Virus record (IMG/VR): IMGVR_UViG_3300049828_000290
Coordinates: 1 to 47,657 of that record
Length of the DNA: 47,657 nt
Strand: one strand, 5' to 3'
From: a virus
Taxonomy: Duplodnaviria; Caudoviricetes
Shown here: positions 37,089-45,979 of the stretch, in pieces
Layout: each line of letters begins with the position of its first letter
Numbering within the stretch: the first letter of the stretch is position 1
Notes under the pieces: model-generated
Told to the model about the DNA's origin: nothing
What the model saw: only the letters and a program-made list of their open reading frames with translations
Databases searched by the model: none
Program-made: the position numbers and the translations under genes

Positions 37089-39478
37089 TTCAGGAAGATG
37101 AATGGCAAGATACTGGTGATGTTTGGGAAGATATTCCTGAAGAAGAACCAGTAATTGAACCAGTAGTTAATGAGTCCCCCATGATGCCGAATTTATGGGA
37201 GACTGCTAATAAGCCATTAATTGATTTAGCTCCTATTGCTAATAAACTTGCTAATTGGGTTGATAAACCTACTTTAGATAGCGGTATTACTGGTGACGGT
37301 TCTTGGACTGATTTAGCTCGTAAAGTTAGAGCAGGTGCTCAAGGATTTAAGGCTGGTGCTATTCAAGGATTAGGAGATGTAATTAGTTCGTTTACGTCTC
37401 CCCTTGAATTAGGACTAGCTGCTGCTACTGGTGGTAGTTCTTTAGCTGCTAAGAGAGGACTTGGAACTCTTAGTAAAGGATTAGCTGCTGCTGGAACTGG
37501 ATTATCTGCTGCTGAAGGATTACATGGTGGGGGAGAAGTAATTGGTGGGTTATCTGAGGGAAATCTTCCAAGAGTTGGATTAGGTGTAGCAGAACTTGCA
37601 GGAAGTATTGCGGGTGGAAAAGAGAATATTGGTAATTTATTTAAGTCTGAAATTCCTATTCCAAAAGTTACTCCTAAACCTACTTTAGAAACTACCACAA
37701 CTGAACCTATTATTAAATCAATTCCTACTCCTAATACAGATTGGATTGATATTGATTCTACTGTTGATACAATGGTAGATGAGGCATTAGCTACTCAGCC
37801 TAAATCTGAGCCAGTAGTAGCTGCTCCGGCAGAAAAGCCTAAGCCTAAGATTAAGGTAAAACTTAATCCCATGACTAATTCATTAGAACCTGATTTAACT
37901 GATGAATTAACGGCTAAGCTTTTCAATTCAGCTAAAACTGGCGAGCCTGTTCCTGATGGGCAGCGGCTTAATCCGGATGAAGAAATTGACTTCAATGATT
38001 TGATTCAGGGAACCATGTTCGACCTTGAATCAGATTATAAGCCAATGACTAAGTTCGCTGCTGAGGGAGTTGATACTACTGCTACTAGACAATTAGTAGA
38101 CGCGCGTCAGGGAGAAATGAAGGACGTGCGGTTACCTGAATCTACAGTTAAGGCTACTGGAGAAGCTGGTAATCTAACTAATGCGAATCAGACTGAGCTT
38201 CCCGGTAATATCAGAAAACCTAAGCCTGATAAATTCGCTCCCGGTGGCAGTCCTAGTAAAGCTCAGGAGAATAGTAGACTTCAGGAGTGGATGGGATTAC
38301 CTCGTGCGCTTCAGTCTGCATTTGACTTATCGTTCCCATTACGTCAGGGGTTAGGACTTATTCATACTAAGGGCTGGTGGAAAGCATGGCCTGATATGAT
38401 TAAGTCTTTCGGCTCTGATGAAGCCTATAAAGGTGTAATGGATTCAATTGCTAATCGTCCTAATTTCCGTGGACGAATTATTAAGACTAAGACTGGTAAG
38501 GAAGTAGTTGAGCAGAGTCTTGCACAGAAAGCAGGACTTGCAATTACAGACCTAGTTTCTAATCGAGAGGAAGAATTAGGTTCTAAGATAGCTGGTCAAA
38601 TTCCAGGAATTGGTAGAGGTATTAAAGGCTCGAATAGAGCTTATAATGCATTTGCTAATAAACTTCGAGCAGACGCATTTGATGCACTTATTGCAGCTAA
38701 TCCAGCCGCTAAAACTGATTTAGTTTTGGCTAAAGAATTAGCAAACTTTGTGAATAATGCTTCTGGTCGGGGTAGTCTAAAATTTGGTCAAAAAATGGAT
38801 TTAGAGGGTGCTGCTAGTGCCTTAAATAATATGTTATTCTCACCAAGATTAATGGCATCGCGCGTTCAGATGCTTAATCCAAAGAATTATGTATTTACTA
38901 GACCTGAGGTTCGTAAAGAATACCTTAAGTCTATGATGGGAATGGCAGTAACTTGGACTACTATGGCAGGACTTGCTAAACAAGCTGGTGCTGAGGTAAG
39001 TTTAGACCCTGAGTCTACTGATTTTGGTAAAATCAAAATTGGTAATACGCGCTTGGACCCGGCGGGGGGTTTTCAGCAATATATTGTATTAGCATCTAGA
39101 CTTGCTAAGGGTGGACTTGATAAAGCTAGGCAGGCTGCTGATAGGAGATATTCTGGAAAAGCATTTGGACCGACGCCAGAAAATGATGTCTTAAATTTCT
39201 TAGAAAATAAGATGGCTCCTAATGTTCGATTTGCTACAGGCCCTTGGAGGGCTAATAAAGCACAGCCTTTTGAAATGGGTGACCAAGCAATAAGAACCTT
39301 TACTCCTATTATTCTTCAAGATTTAAGTGAAATTATGCAAGAAGACCCTGAATTAGCTTGGACATTACTACCGGGTCTGGTAGGCGTGGGTAGTAATACC
39401 TACCAGCCCGGCAAAAAGAGTCCAACTTTATTACCACCAAGTCTATGGAATAGGAAGAAAGATATTACTTTTCAATAA
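37073..39478 (+). CDS. Large internal virion / DNA ejection protein
   Basis: 801 aa, last late gene; Gly/Ala-rich helical block, DPESTDFGKIKIG motif. Confidence 0.65.
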   Translation: MAARIIQEDEWQDTGDVWEDIPEEEPVIEPVVNESPMMPNLWETANKPLIDLAPIANKLANWVDKPTLDSGITGDGSWTDLARKVRAGAQGFKAGAIQGLGDVISSFTSPLELGLAAATGGSSLAAKRGLGTLSKGLAAAGTGLSAAEGLHGGGEVIGGLSEGNLPRVGLGVAELAGSIAGGKENIGNLFKSEIPIPKVTPKPTLETTTTEPIIKSIPTPNTDWIDIDSTVDTMVDEALATQPKSEPVVAAPAEKPKPKIKVKLNPMTNSLEPDLTDELTAKLFNSAKTGEPVPDGQRLNPDEEIDFNDLIQGTMFDLESDYKPMTKFAAEGVDTTATRQLVDARQGEMKDVRLPESTVKATGEAGNLTNANQTELPGNIRKPKPDKFAPGGSPSKAQENSRLQEWMGLPRALQSAFDLSFPLRQGLGLIHTKGWWKAWPDMIKSFGSDEAYKGVMDSIANRPNFRGRIIKTKTGKEVVEQSLAQKAGLAITDLVSNREEELGSKIAGQIPGIGRGIKGSNRAYNAFANKLRADAFDALIAANPAAKTDLVLAKELANFVNNASGRGSLKFGQKMDLEGAASALNNMLFSPRLMASRVQMLNPKNYVFTRPEVRKEYLKSMMGMAVTWTTMAGLAKQAGAEVSLDPESTDFGKIKIGNTRLDPAGGFQQYIVLASRLAKGGLDKARQAADRRYSGKAFGPTPENDVLNFLENKMAPNVRFATGPWRANKAQPFEMGDQAIRTFTPIILQDLSEIMQEDPELAWTLLPGLVGVGSNTYQPGKKSPTLLPPSLWNRKKDITFQ

Positions 39479-39510
39479 TAATAACTGAAATTTTAGAACA
39501 AACGGAACAT

Positions 39511-39560
39511 AGGACCTGGATTTTCTCTTGTAATCTTAAGAGAATTTCCAGGTCCTTTTT
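39511..39560. terminator. Terminator at the convergence of the two arms
   Basis: AGGACCTGGA/TCCAGGTCCT stem with inner TTCTCTT/AAGAGAA, followed by a T-run on +. Confidence 0.8.
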
Positions 39561-39589
39561 GTTTGCTCCACATTTGGGGCAGTTATAAT

Positions 39590-39850
39590 CTAGTTCAGGT
39601 ATCGCCATGCTGTTATATTATCAATTGGATAATGAATATTCCTATCCTCAGATTCCCAATGTGGAAGAATTCCTTCTTTAGGATTTCCCCATACAGCATA
39701 AGCTTTAATTATTTTAGATTCAATTCTAAGAATAATTTCAACTAATTCTTGATTGGGTGGCTTTTCATCATACTTCCATTGGCGATGAAGATTACCTTTA
39801 TTTTGCATCACGTCTCTGCCATATTGAAATTCTAAAAACTTCATCTTCAA
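39590..39850 (-). CDS. Hypothetical protein
   Basis: W...EKPP...ITAWRYL pattern of small phage proteins. Confidence 0.6.
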   Translation of the reverse strand: MKMKFLEFQYGRDVMQNKGNLHRQWKYDEKPPNQELVEIILRIESKIIKAYAVWGNPKEGILPHWESEDRNIHYPIDNITAWRYLN

Positions 39851-40258
39851 AATGAATTACTCTAATTACATTTAAAACAGAATCAAAATCATTAATAATA
39901 AATAGAACTGGTTGTAATGTGTCTTTAACAAAATGATACTCAACACACCATTTAATGTTCACTGTCTCCATTAAACATTACTCCTAAATTAGTTACTAAT
40001 TCTGTGCCAAATTTATTAATTAACTCTACAATTTCACGTTCAATTCTAACTCGTTCATCATCTGAAAGAGATGAATTACGTAAGAGATAACCAATTTGCC
40101 ATTGAAGGTCGGTTAGTTTCATTATTTACCCATGATACTAATTCGCAGTTCTTCAAACCAAGCTTTAATCTTATCTTCAAGTCTAGTATATGAGTTATCT
40201 GGAATAGAGTCATCTTCTTCAAGAGTTAAAAGAATCTTATGTTCGAGTTCTTTAATAT

Positions 40259-41542
40259 TCATAATGATTTACCCTTACCTGCAAGAAATTCCTTTAGTTC
40301 TTTAACCCTCTCAGGATTCATTTCATAAACAAGAGAACCACTCAAGTTTACAATTTCAATTAATCCCGCCTCTTTTGCAGAAACTACTGCATCATCCCAT
40401 TCTGATACTGAACCCTGTAGCCAATATTTTTTATGAAGCATTGCTCTAGTAATGCTATGAGATTCTCTATCAAGTAGTTCTCTAAGAAGAAGAATCTTTC
40501 GTTGTCCTCCACTTGTATCATGTTGTGTTCCGCGGCCAAGTGTAATTTTGCGAACATTACCGACTAATTTAGTGCAAATTTCAATTGCTTCTTCTACGGC
40601 TGAGGGTGTAAGTTCAAGTTCTGGTTTTTCGCCAAGGGAAAGTAACATGGCAACTTTAAGGACAGAAGTTCCCATTCTATTGAGAGTTCCCGTAGAATCA
40701 CGAACGCCTTTAGCTTCTGCTCTAAAGTTATAATACCACTGGTCGTAAATTGCACTGGCTTCAGTGTAGTAACTTGTAAGTTTAGTTTGGGGGTCAGCAA
40801 TTGGAATTTGGTATTTTTCATCTGGTTCTTTTTTTGATAGAGGTAAGAACGGACCTGATAATTGAGATAAAGTTTTTAAGTATTCAGCTAGTTTATTATA
40901 ATCTAATGTTGTAGTGTGCGCACTTGTTAATGAATTAATTCTATTTTCTTCAGTCTCAAATACAATAAAAGTGCGCGCAAAGAATCCTCCACCAATTTCT
41001 TTCTGAGAAAAGAATTCATTGGCATGAGATTCATTTGTTGCACTGAACATTGTGACTGTAGGTTTATTTAAGTCATATTGTTCTTGTTTTAAGAGAGAAC
41101 CATAATCTGCTGCGTTATAATTACGGTCATATAAATCCGTAAGAATAGTCATTGCCTGTGGGTCTTCAACAATAGAAGCAGATAATTCAGAAGAACAAAT
41201 AAACGCGCAGGCTGTTTTTAGAATTGGTTTTCCTGGTAAAGCTTTAGCAGTAGACATCGCTTTCATGATGCCTTGAATAGATGAGCGACCAGATATGACT
41301 CTTGTATTATCTACAATTTGAACTAACTTTTTTGCTACATTTACAGGTGCTGATTTCTTGAGGCCCGAATCTGCATGTAGCATAACATAAATATTTGGAT
41401 AAGTATTCATGAATGCTCCATGACTCATCCAAACACTATCTTTAACCACTGCTGAAATAGAACATAATGCTGCCCATTTCCAAAATGATAAAGGAGATTC
41501 AAACTCCTTATGTTGGTCGATAAATTCCGCTATCCAATTCAT
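40259..41542 (-). CDS. DUF3987/YfjI-like AAA+ ATPase, putative replicative helicase
   Basis: ESP..F.W, YPNIYVMLHADSGLKKS (degenerate Walker A), SSELS, LTDLYD, GGFFARTF. Confidence 0.8.
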   Translation of the reverse strand: MNWIAEFIDQHKEFESPLSFWKWAALCSISAVVKDSVWMSHGAFMNTYPNIYVMLHADSGLKKSAPVNVAKKLVQIVDNTRVISGRSSIQGIMKAMSTAKALPGKPILKTACAFICSSELSASIVEDPQAMTILTDLYDRNYNAADYGSLLKQEQYDLNKPTVTMFSATNESHANEFFSQKEIGGGFFARTFIVFETEENRINSLTSAHTTTLDYNKLAEYLKTLSQLSGPFLPLSKKEPDEKYQIPIADPQTKLTSYYTEASAIYDQWYYNFRAEAKGVRDSTGTLNRMGTSVLKVAMLLSLGEKPELELTPSAVEEAIEICTKLVGNVRKITLGRGTQHDTSGGQRKILLLRELLDRESHSITRAMLHKKYWLQGSVSEWDDAVVSAKEAGLIEIVNLSGSLVYEMNPERVKELKEFLAGKGKSL

Positions 41543-41548
41543 TGAGGC

Positions 41549-41746
41549 TCATGCTGTCTTTTTAACAGTATTTTCTGAAATGAATCTGGCCAACCAAGAT
41601 ATATAATGTTGAAGTTCACTCTCAAGAATCATTCGATGCTTTGGGTCTAATTCCTGAATGCGCGAATGAGTATCAAGATTAAGAGTCTTGAGAGTTAGTG
41701 CAACACGCGTTCCATCTACGGTTTCAGACTGGAATTCAATAGTCAT
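41549..41746 (-). CDS. Hypothetical protein
   Basis: 65 aa; ATGA overlap with the polymerase stop. Confidence 0.65.
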   Translation of the reverse strand: MTIEFQSETVDGTRVALTLKTLNLDTHSRIQELDPKHRMILESELQHYISWLARFISENTVKKTA

Positions 41747-44220
41747 ACAATAATCCTCTTATACTTAACTAATTCTTCATAGTTATATCCCACTTCTGCT
41801 TCACATGGAATAACTAAATCGCGTCTTTCTAAAGAACATGTCTCAAATTTGATTGGTCGTTCCATTTCTTCTTTAGCAAAAGGAATAAAATAATCAACTT
41901 CTTTTTCTGGAATCATGAAAAGAAGCGAGTCATGGCATTCGAGTATAATTCGCGCCAACTTTGGCTCACGCTTTTTGATTCGTAATCCGGCGGCTTTTGT
42001 GTTATCGCTAATACTCCGTTGCGGTATGTAACTAAGAGCGGCCCGTAAAAGCTCGTCCGACCATCTATCCAAAAACTGTCGTCTACCCCCAACTTTACTA
42101 GCAATGCCATAAGGTAGACCAGATGTGAGATATCGTTTATCACGACGCAAAGCGTCTTCGATTCCTTTATGGAAGACTTGTCTGATTTTAGGTTGTTTAT
42201 CATGGAAAATCTTTAACGCTTGACCCGCGAACTTTTCGTCGATTTGGATTTTAATTTTATATTTTCGCGCATCGGTGTTAACTGTTTTAGCGGCTCTGCT
42301 TTTAGTTGCACCGAGGTGTCCGGCGTGCCTAAGCGTCTTTCCAACAAAGCGAATAGGAGACTCATAGCCAAGGGACTTCTTGCTGTAGTTTTCTTCAGTT
42401 CCGCCAAAGAACCAACTCGCAGTGAGGGCGTGATAATCGTGATGGTCAATTTGGTATAAGGCATCTTCATCATCCGCTAATAGAAATACTACTCTAGCCT
42501 CAGCTTGTGCTGAGTCTAATTGAACAAATACATAACCCTTATCTGGCTCGTATTGTCCGCGAACATCTTGACCAATATCACCATGCTTAGTCATGGTTTG
42601 GAAAGCTGTTCCTAAAACTTTCTTCTTTTTCTTTCCATGTAAATCTAAAACATCCACCATTGGTCTAATTGGGGGGTCTTGCTGGCCTGAACTAGAACGG
42701 CCAGTATCTAAGCATGGGAAAAAAGTAGACTTCATTTTACCATCAAAGTCAGGCATTGCTTCGAGATAAGTTCCGATAGTTTTATCTACTCGTCGTTTTT
42801 CAAGGATAATCTCACAAGTGCGCCTCTGATTATCACTAAGTTTAAGTCCCTGTGAATTAAGAATCGCAGTAATTTCTTCTTCTCCAGTTCCACCACGGTG
42901 TGGTATTTTGAAGTTCTCATAGAGAAGAATGGAAATCTGCTTAGGACTTGCAGTATTAATATGGGTTCCGTTAAGATGAAAGAGTTCATAAGCTAATTCC
43001 TCTGACCAATGAATATACTTTTTATAGAGTAATTCGCGCTTCTCAGAATTAACATTAAATCCTTCATTCTCCATATCAAGATAGAATTGATGAAGATGGA
43101 TAATAAAGTTATAATAGTAATCGTATTGATTAGCTGCTCTTAAATCTTCTTCCATTACTAAGTCACATTCCTTAGTAACGCAAGCATCTCGCGCACAACC
43201 TATCATTAGGTCGCGCACAGAACCTTCATACATTCCTTCATTCTTATAGAATGGTTCTTCTGTATGAATACTAGTTAAGAATCCAAGTCCTTTAGGAAAC
43301 TCGGGAGAGATTGCAAATCCTTTAAGCATTGTATCGGATGCAAGACTACGAACCATAAAACCAAGACGACGGATTTTATCATAATCATATTTAAAATTCT
43401 GTCCTACTACATCTGAAAGTGATAAAATTTCAGACAAAATTAGCCACATCTGAACAATTTCTTGGTCAGAAATATGTGCTATGTTTCGGATTTCTCCCTG
43501 ATTCCAGAAGGGCATACAAATACCTTCTGAGGGATTGAATGATATTCCTAAACAGAAAGGTAAACAAGAACCACGTGCTTCGATGTCAATAGCTGGTCTT
43601 GTATTGAGTTTATTTCGATTCCGGAATTCTTGTAATTGGAGAGAACTGGTGGCAATATGAAGATTTCGGTATGGTCTTCTTATTTCTGGAAATGTAGATT
43701 GGGCCAGAGCGCGCATGAAATCAAACATGATAACATGTTTATTCCAATAGCCTGTAAACTCACCCTGTTCTTGCCAAGATAATCCTCTTGGGTCATAAGT
43801 TGCTACTACCTTATACTTGCCATGACTAAGAATACTACCACGATAATCAGCAATTCCAGTATTACCAGTAGTTGCGAGTAATGCAGTATTTCCTAATGCC
43901 AAGATGACATTTGGATTAATAGCTTTAATTTCATTATAGAGATTAGTTAAGTGCGCATCAATATCTACATTATAATTCTTAGCACGAACATAGAAAGGGA
44001 TTTTCTTTCCCTTTTTGGGATTTGGTGGAACGTAATGTTTACAGACAGTTGTCTTCCAAACACTACTTTCATTTATACCTGCTTCAGCCAACATAGAACG
44101 TAATTCTTTGTTAGTCGATAAGCAATCTAATTCTCCAAGTGCAGGGGATTCGCCTAAGATAAGAATTTTGGCGTTAGGATTACCGTTACCGGCTGCCCAT
44201 TTATGGTGGAGTGTGTCCAT
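41743..44220 (-). CDS. polA: Family A DNA polymerase with N-terminal UDG-like domain and 3'-5' exonuclease
   Basis: GNPNAKILILGESP...PNVILALGNTA (UDG fold); IDIE, QNFKYD, ARDA exonuclease motifs; TGRSSS, DSAQAEAR (A), R..GK (B), HDS (C). Confidence 0.93.
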   Translation of the reverse strand: MDTLHHKWAAGNGNPNAKILILGESPALGELDCLSTNKELRSMLAEAGINESSVWKTTVCKHYVPPNPKKGKKIPFYVRAKNYNVDIDAHLTNLYNEIKAINPNVILALGNTALLATTGNTGIADYRGSILSHGKYKVVATYDPRGLSWQEQGEFTGYWNKHVIMFDFMRALAQSTFPEIRRPYRNLHIATSSLQLQEFRNRNKLNTRPAIDIEARGSCLPFCLGISFNPSEGICMPFWNQGEIRNIAHISDQEIVQMWLILSEILSLSDVVGQNFKYDYDKIRRLGFMVRSLASDTMLKGFAISPEFPKGLGFLTSIHTEEPFYKNEGMYEGSVRDLMIGCARDACVTKECDLVMEEDLRAANQYDYYYNFIIHLHQFYLDMENEGFNVNSEKRELLYKKYIHWSEELAYELFHLNGTHINTASPKQISILLYENFKIPHRGGTGEEEITAILNSQGLKLSDNQRRTCEIILEKRRVDKTIGTYLEAMPDFDGKMKSTFFPCLDTGRSSSGQQDPPIRPMVDVLDLHGKKKKKVLGTAFQTMTKHGDIGQDVRGQYEPDKGYVFVQLDSAQAEARVVFLLADDEDALYQIDHHDYHALTASWFFGGTEENYSKKSLGYESPIRFVGKTLRHAGHLGATKSRAAKTVNTDARKYKIKIQIDEKFAGQALKIFHDKQPKIRQVFHKGIEDALRRDKRYLTSGLPYGIASKVGGRRQFLDRWSDELLRAALSYIPQRSISDNTKAAGLRIKKREPKLARIILECHDSLLFMIPEKEVDYFIPFAKEEMERPIKFETCSLERRDLVIPCEAEVGYNYEELVKYKRIIV

Positions 44221-44313
44221 TATTTATTGATACGCTGGCAATCTATACACTTTGGGTCATAAAAATCATGGACATTACACGAATTATAACCTGAAGCTTT
44301 TTGTAATCTGGGG

Positions 44314-44766
44314 TTATTTGCTGCGTTCCTCTAAAATTGACTTTATCAAGACAGTATAGCTCATGCCACAAAAATTACAAATTCCATCTATATTAAAATC
44401 ATGTAAATTAAATTTACACTGAGTCATAAACTTAGGAGTATGCTCTTTTTCTATTCTATCAGTTGTATTCTTTTCTTTCCAATAGCCATAAAACAGAGCA
44501 CAGTAAGTAACTAGGTCTAAGAATGAGTCGTCGATTGATTCATTATTCGGAGTCTTTCTTCCAAGAAGTAGACTACCCAATCTTGCAAGTTTTGTGCCAA
44601 TGTGACCAGCAAATGAAGCATACTCAGCAGGAAACCAACTAATAATGATGTTAGCTCGGTCAAAATTTTCAAAAGGGTTAGATGTAGCATCAGTCGCATA
44701 ATCCTCTCGTTTCTTGAGATGAATCTCTTTGGAACGATTGAGAATTTCTTCTACATGATTAATCAT
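44314..44766 (-). CDS. DUF1599/Nmad1-like nucleotide-modification-associated protein
   Basis: KKREDYA...NPFENF...KLARL...ESIDDSFLDLVTY. Confidence 0.75.
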   Translation of the reverse strand: MINHVEEILNRSKEIHLKKREDYATDATSNPFENFDRANIIISWFPAEYASFAGHIGTKLARLGSLLLGRKTPNNESIDDSFLDLVTYCALFYGYWKEKNTTDRIEKEHTPKFMTQCKFNLHDFNIDGICNFCGMSYTVLIKSILEERSK

Positions 44767-44933
44767 AATTTAGCCTCAAAAACTGGATTTAAAAAATCAT
44801 TAATAAATATTCTATCACATATTTCACAAATATCATACTTTATGATGATGCTATTTGGATTACGCTGATAAGTAAGTAACTTTTCAGTAGTTTTAAATTC
44901 TACTTTACATCTATCACAAATATATTTAACCAT
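44763..44933 (-). CDS. Small Zn-ribbon protein (56 aa, MVKYICDRCK...DICEIC)
   Basis: Hand translation; overlaps both neighbours. Confidence 0.65.
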   Translation of the reverse strand: MVKYICDRCKVEFKTTEKLLTYQRNPNSIIIKYDICEICDRIFINDFLNPVFEAKL

Positions 44934-45246
44934 TCTTTACCATCCTAACCTTCTGAGCACGCCATTCCATAATACCAGTCTTAGTATTTCTTTCTTCAAT
45001 TACAGCAAATTCCATTAATGCACCACGCTTCAATTCGGTAAAATGAACTGAACCATGAACTAGATTTTGCCAGTGAAAGAAAATGCGCGAATAAGGAATA
45101 GCATCTGATTCGATAAATCCGTAGCCATCACCAAGATGGTAGATTTCACCTTGGATTATATCACCACGATTTGGTTTAGGTGTTTCAGTTTTTTGAGCAG
45201 CAATTGCTTCCTGATTTTCAATGCCGAATGTGTCACGAATAGTCAT
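44926..45246 (-). CDS. Cold-shock domain (OB-fold) nucleic-acid-binding protein
   Basis: GYGFI (RNP1), IFFH (RNP2), F..LK.G..xEF...RA.KV. Confidence 0.85.
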   Translation of the reverse strand: MTIRDTFGIENQEAIAAQKTETPKPNRGDIIQGEIYHLGDGYGFIESDAIPYSRIFFHWQNLVHGSVHFTELKRGALMEFAVIEERNTKTGIMEWRAQKVRMVKNG

Positions 45247-45461
45247 TATTCTTCTACCTTTACAAATTTATCAACTAATGAAGTAATTGCTAACTCAAGA
45301 GTTTCTAAGCAATTAGAACATACATGTTCCTGATAGGAAAAAATTGACCATCGTTTATAAGTAGATCCCCCAAAATTAATTTCTATAACTGTTTCTCCCA
45401 TTTTTAATTCACTAGTATAACTAGTCTTACAACGGTCACATGTATAGGTAATAATTTTCAT
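45246..45461 (-). CDS. Small Zn-ribbon protein
   Basis: YTCDRCK...HVCSNC. Confidence 0.7.
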   Translation of the reverse strand: MKIITYTCDRCKTSYTSELKMGETVIEINFGGSTYKRWSIFSYQEHVCSNCLETLELAITSLVDKFVKVEE

Positions 45462-45481
45462 AAAATTTAATTTAAAAGCAG

Positions 45482-45802
45482 AAAGGGAGTGGAATAGATT
45501 CCCATGGGAATTTTACACTATTACCACTCCCTCTCCTAGTCATTGATGTTTGTTAAATCTACTTTGCTAATTCCACTAGGATGCAGGCGCTTGCCTGAGA
45601 GTTTTCATCATCGATTTCCCGATGCTATTTGCTCTCACATCCTAGAGTGATTCCCGCCTCCGGTTACGCTTTTTCGATTCAATCGCGCATCAATGATTTC
45701 TCTTTGTTACTAAAAAGTGGGACTTTCACACGTATTCCCGTTGCTAGCCTTATGACTATAATATTCAGGGAACCAGTCTGAATATTGAATAGTATCTAGT
45801 CA
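45482..45802 (-). ncRNA. Candidate structured non-coding RNA (~320 nt)
   Basis: No ORF in the track; several perfect nested stems (see findings); strand inferred from flanking genes. Confidence 0.55.
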
Positions 45803-45813
45803 ATAATTACTAC

Positions 45814-45978
45814 TTAGTTAGTATCATCTTCATCATCACTATCATCATCGTCGTCATCGTCATCTTCATCACCGGGGTCGCCAGTGGCATCAGGAACGAC
45901 AACATCACTAGCTGGCAATGGCAACTGCTTTTCTTCAGCATTGTCATTATCACCATTAAGATAGAGGGATTTCATCAT
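45814..45978 (-). CDS. Very acidic 54-aa protein
   Basis: GGAG RBS then MMKSLY...GDEDDDDDDDDSDDEDDTN. Confidence 0.7.
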   Translation of the reverse strand: MMKSLYLNGDNDNAEEKQLPLPASDVVVPDATGDPGDEDDDDDDDDSDDEDDTN

Positions 45979-45979
45979 C

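Noticed and set aside
12527-37995. Antisense and off-frame ORFs across the structural arm (e.g. 12527, 13842, 14784, 16008, 23622, 24036, 32216, 36330, 37363)
   Set aside because: By-products of biased codon usage in real genes
41913-42989. Alternative-frame ORFs inside the polymerase (41913-42203, 42213-42473, 42220-42459, 42786-42989)
   Set aside because: Fully nested in a conserved gene, with no RBS or motif support
41743-44766. Z-genome (2-aminoadenine) or 7-deazaguanine pathway
   Set aside because: No PurZ, DatZ, FolE/QueCDE or DpdA-like ORF recognisable
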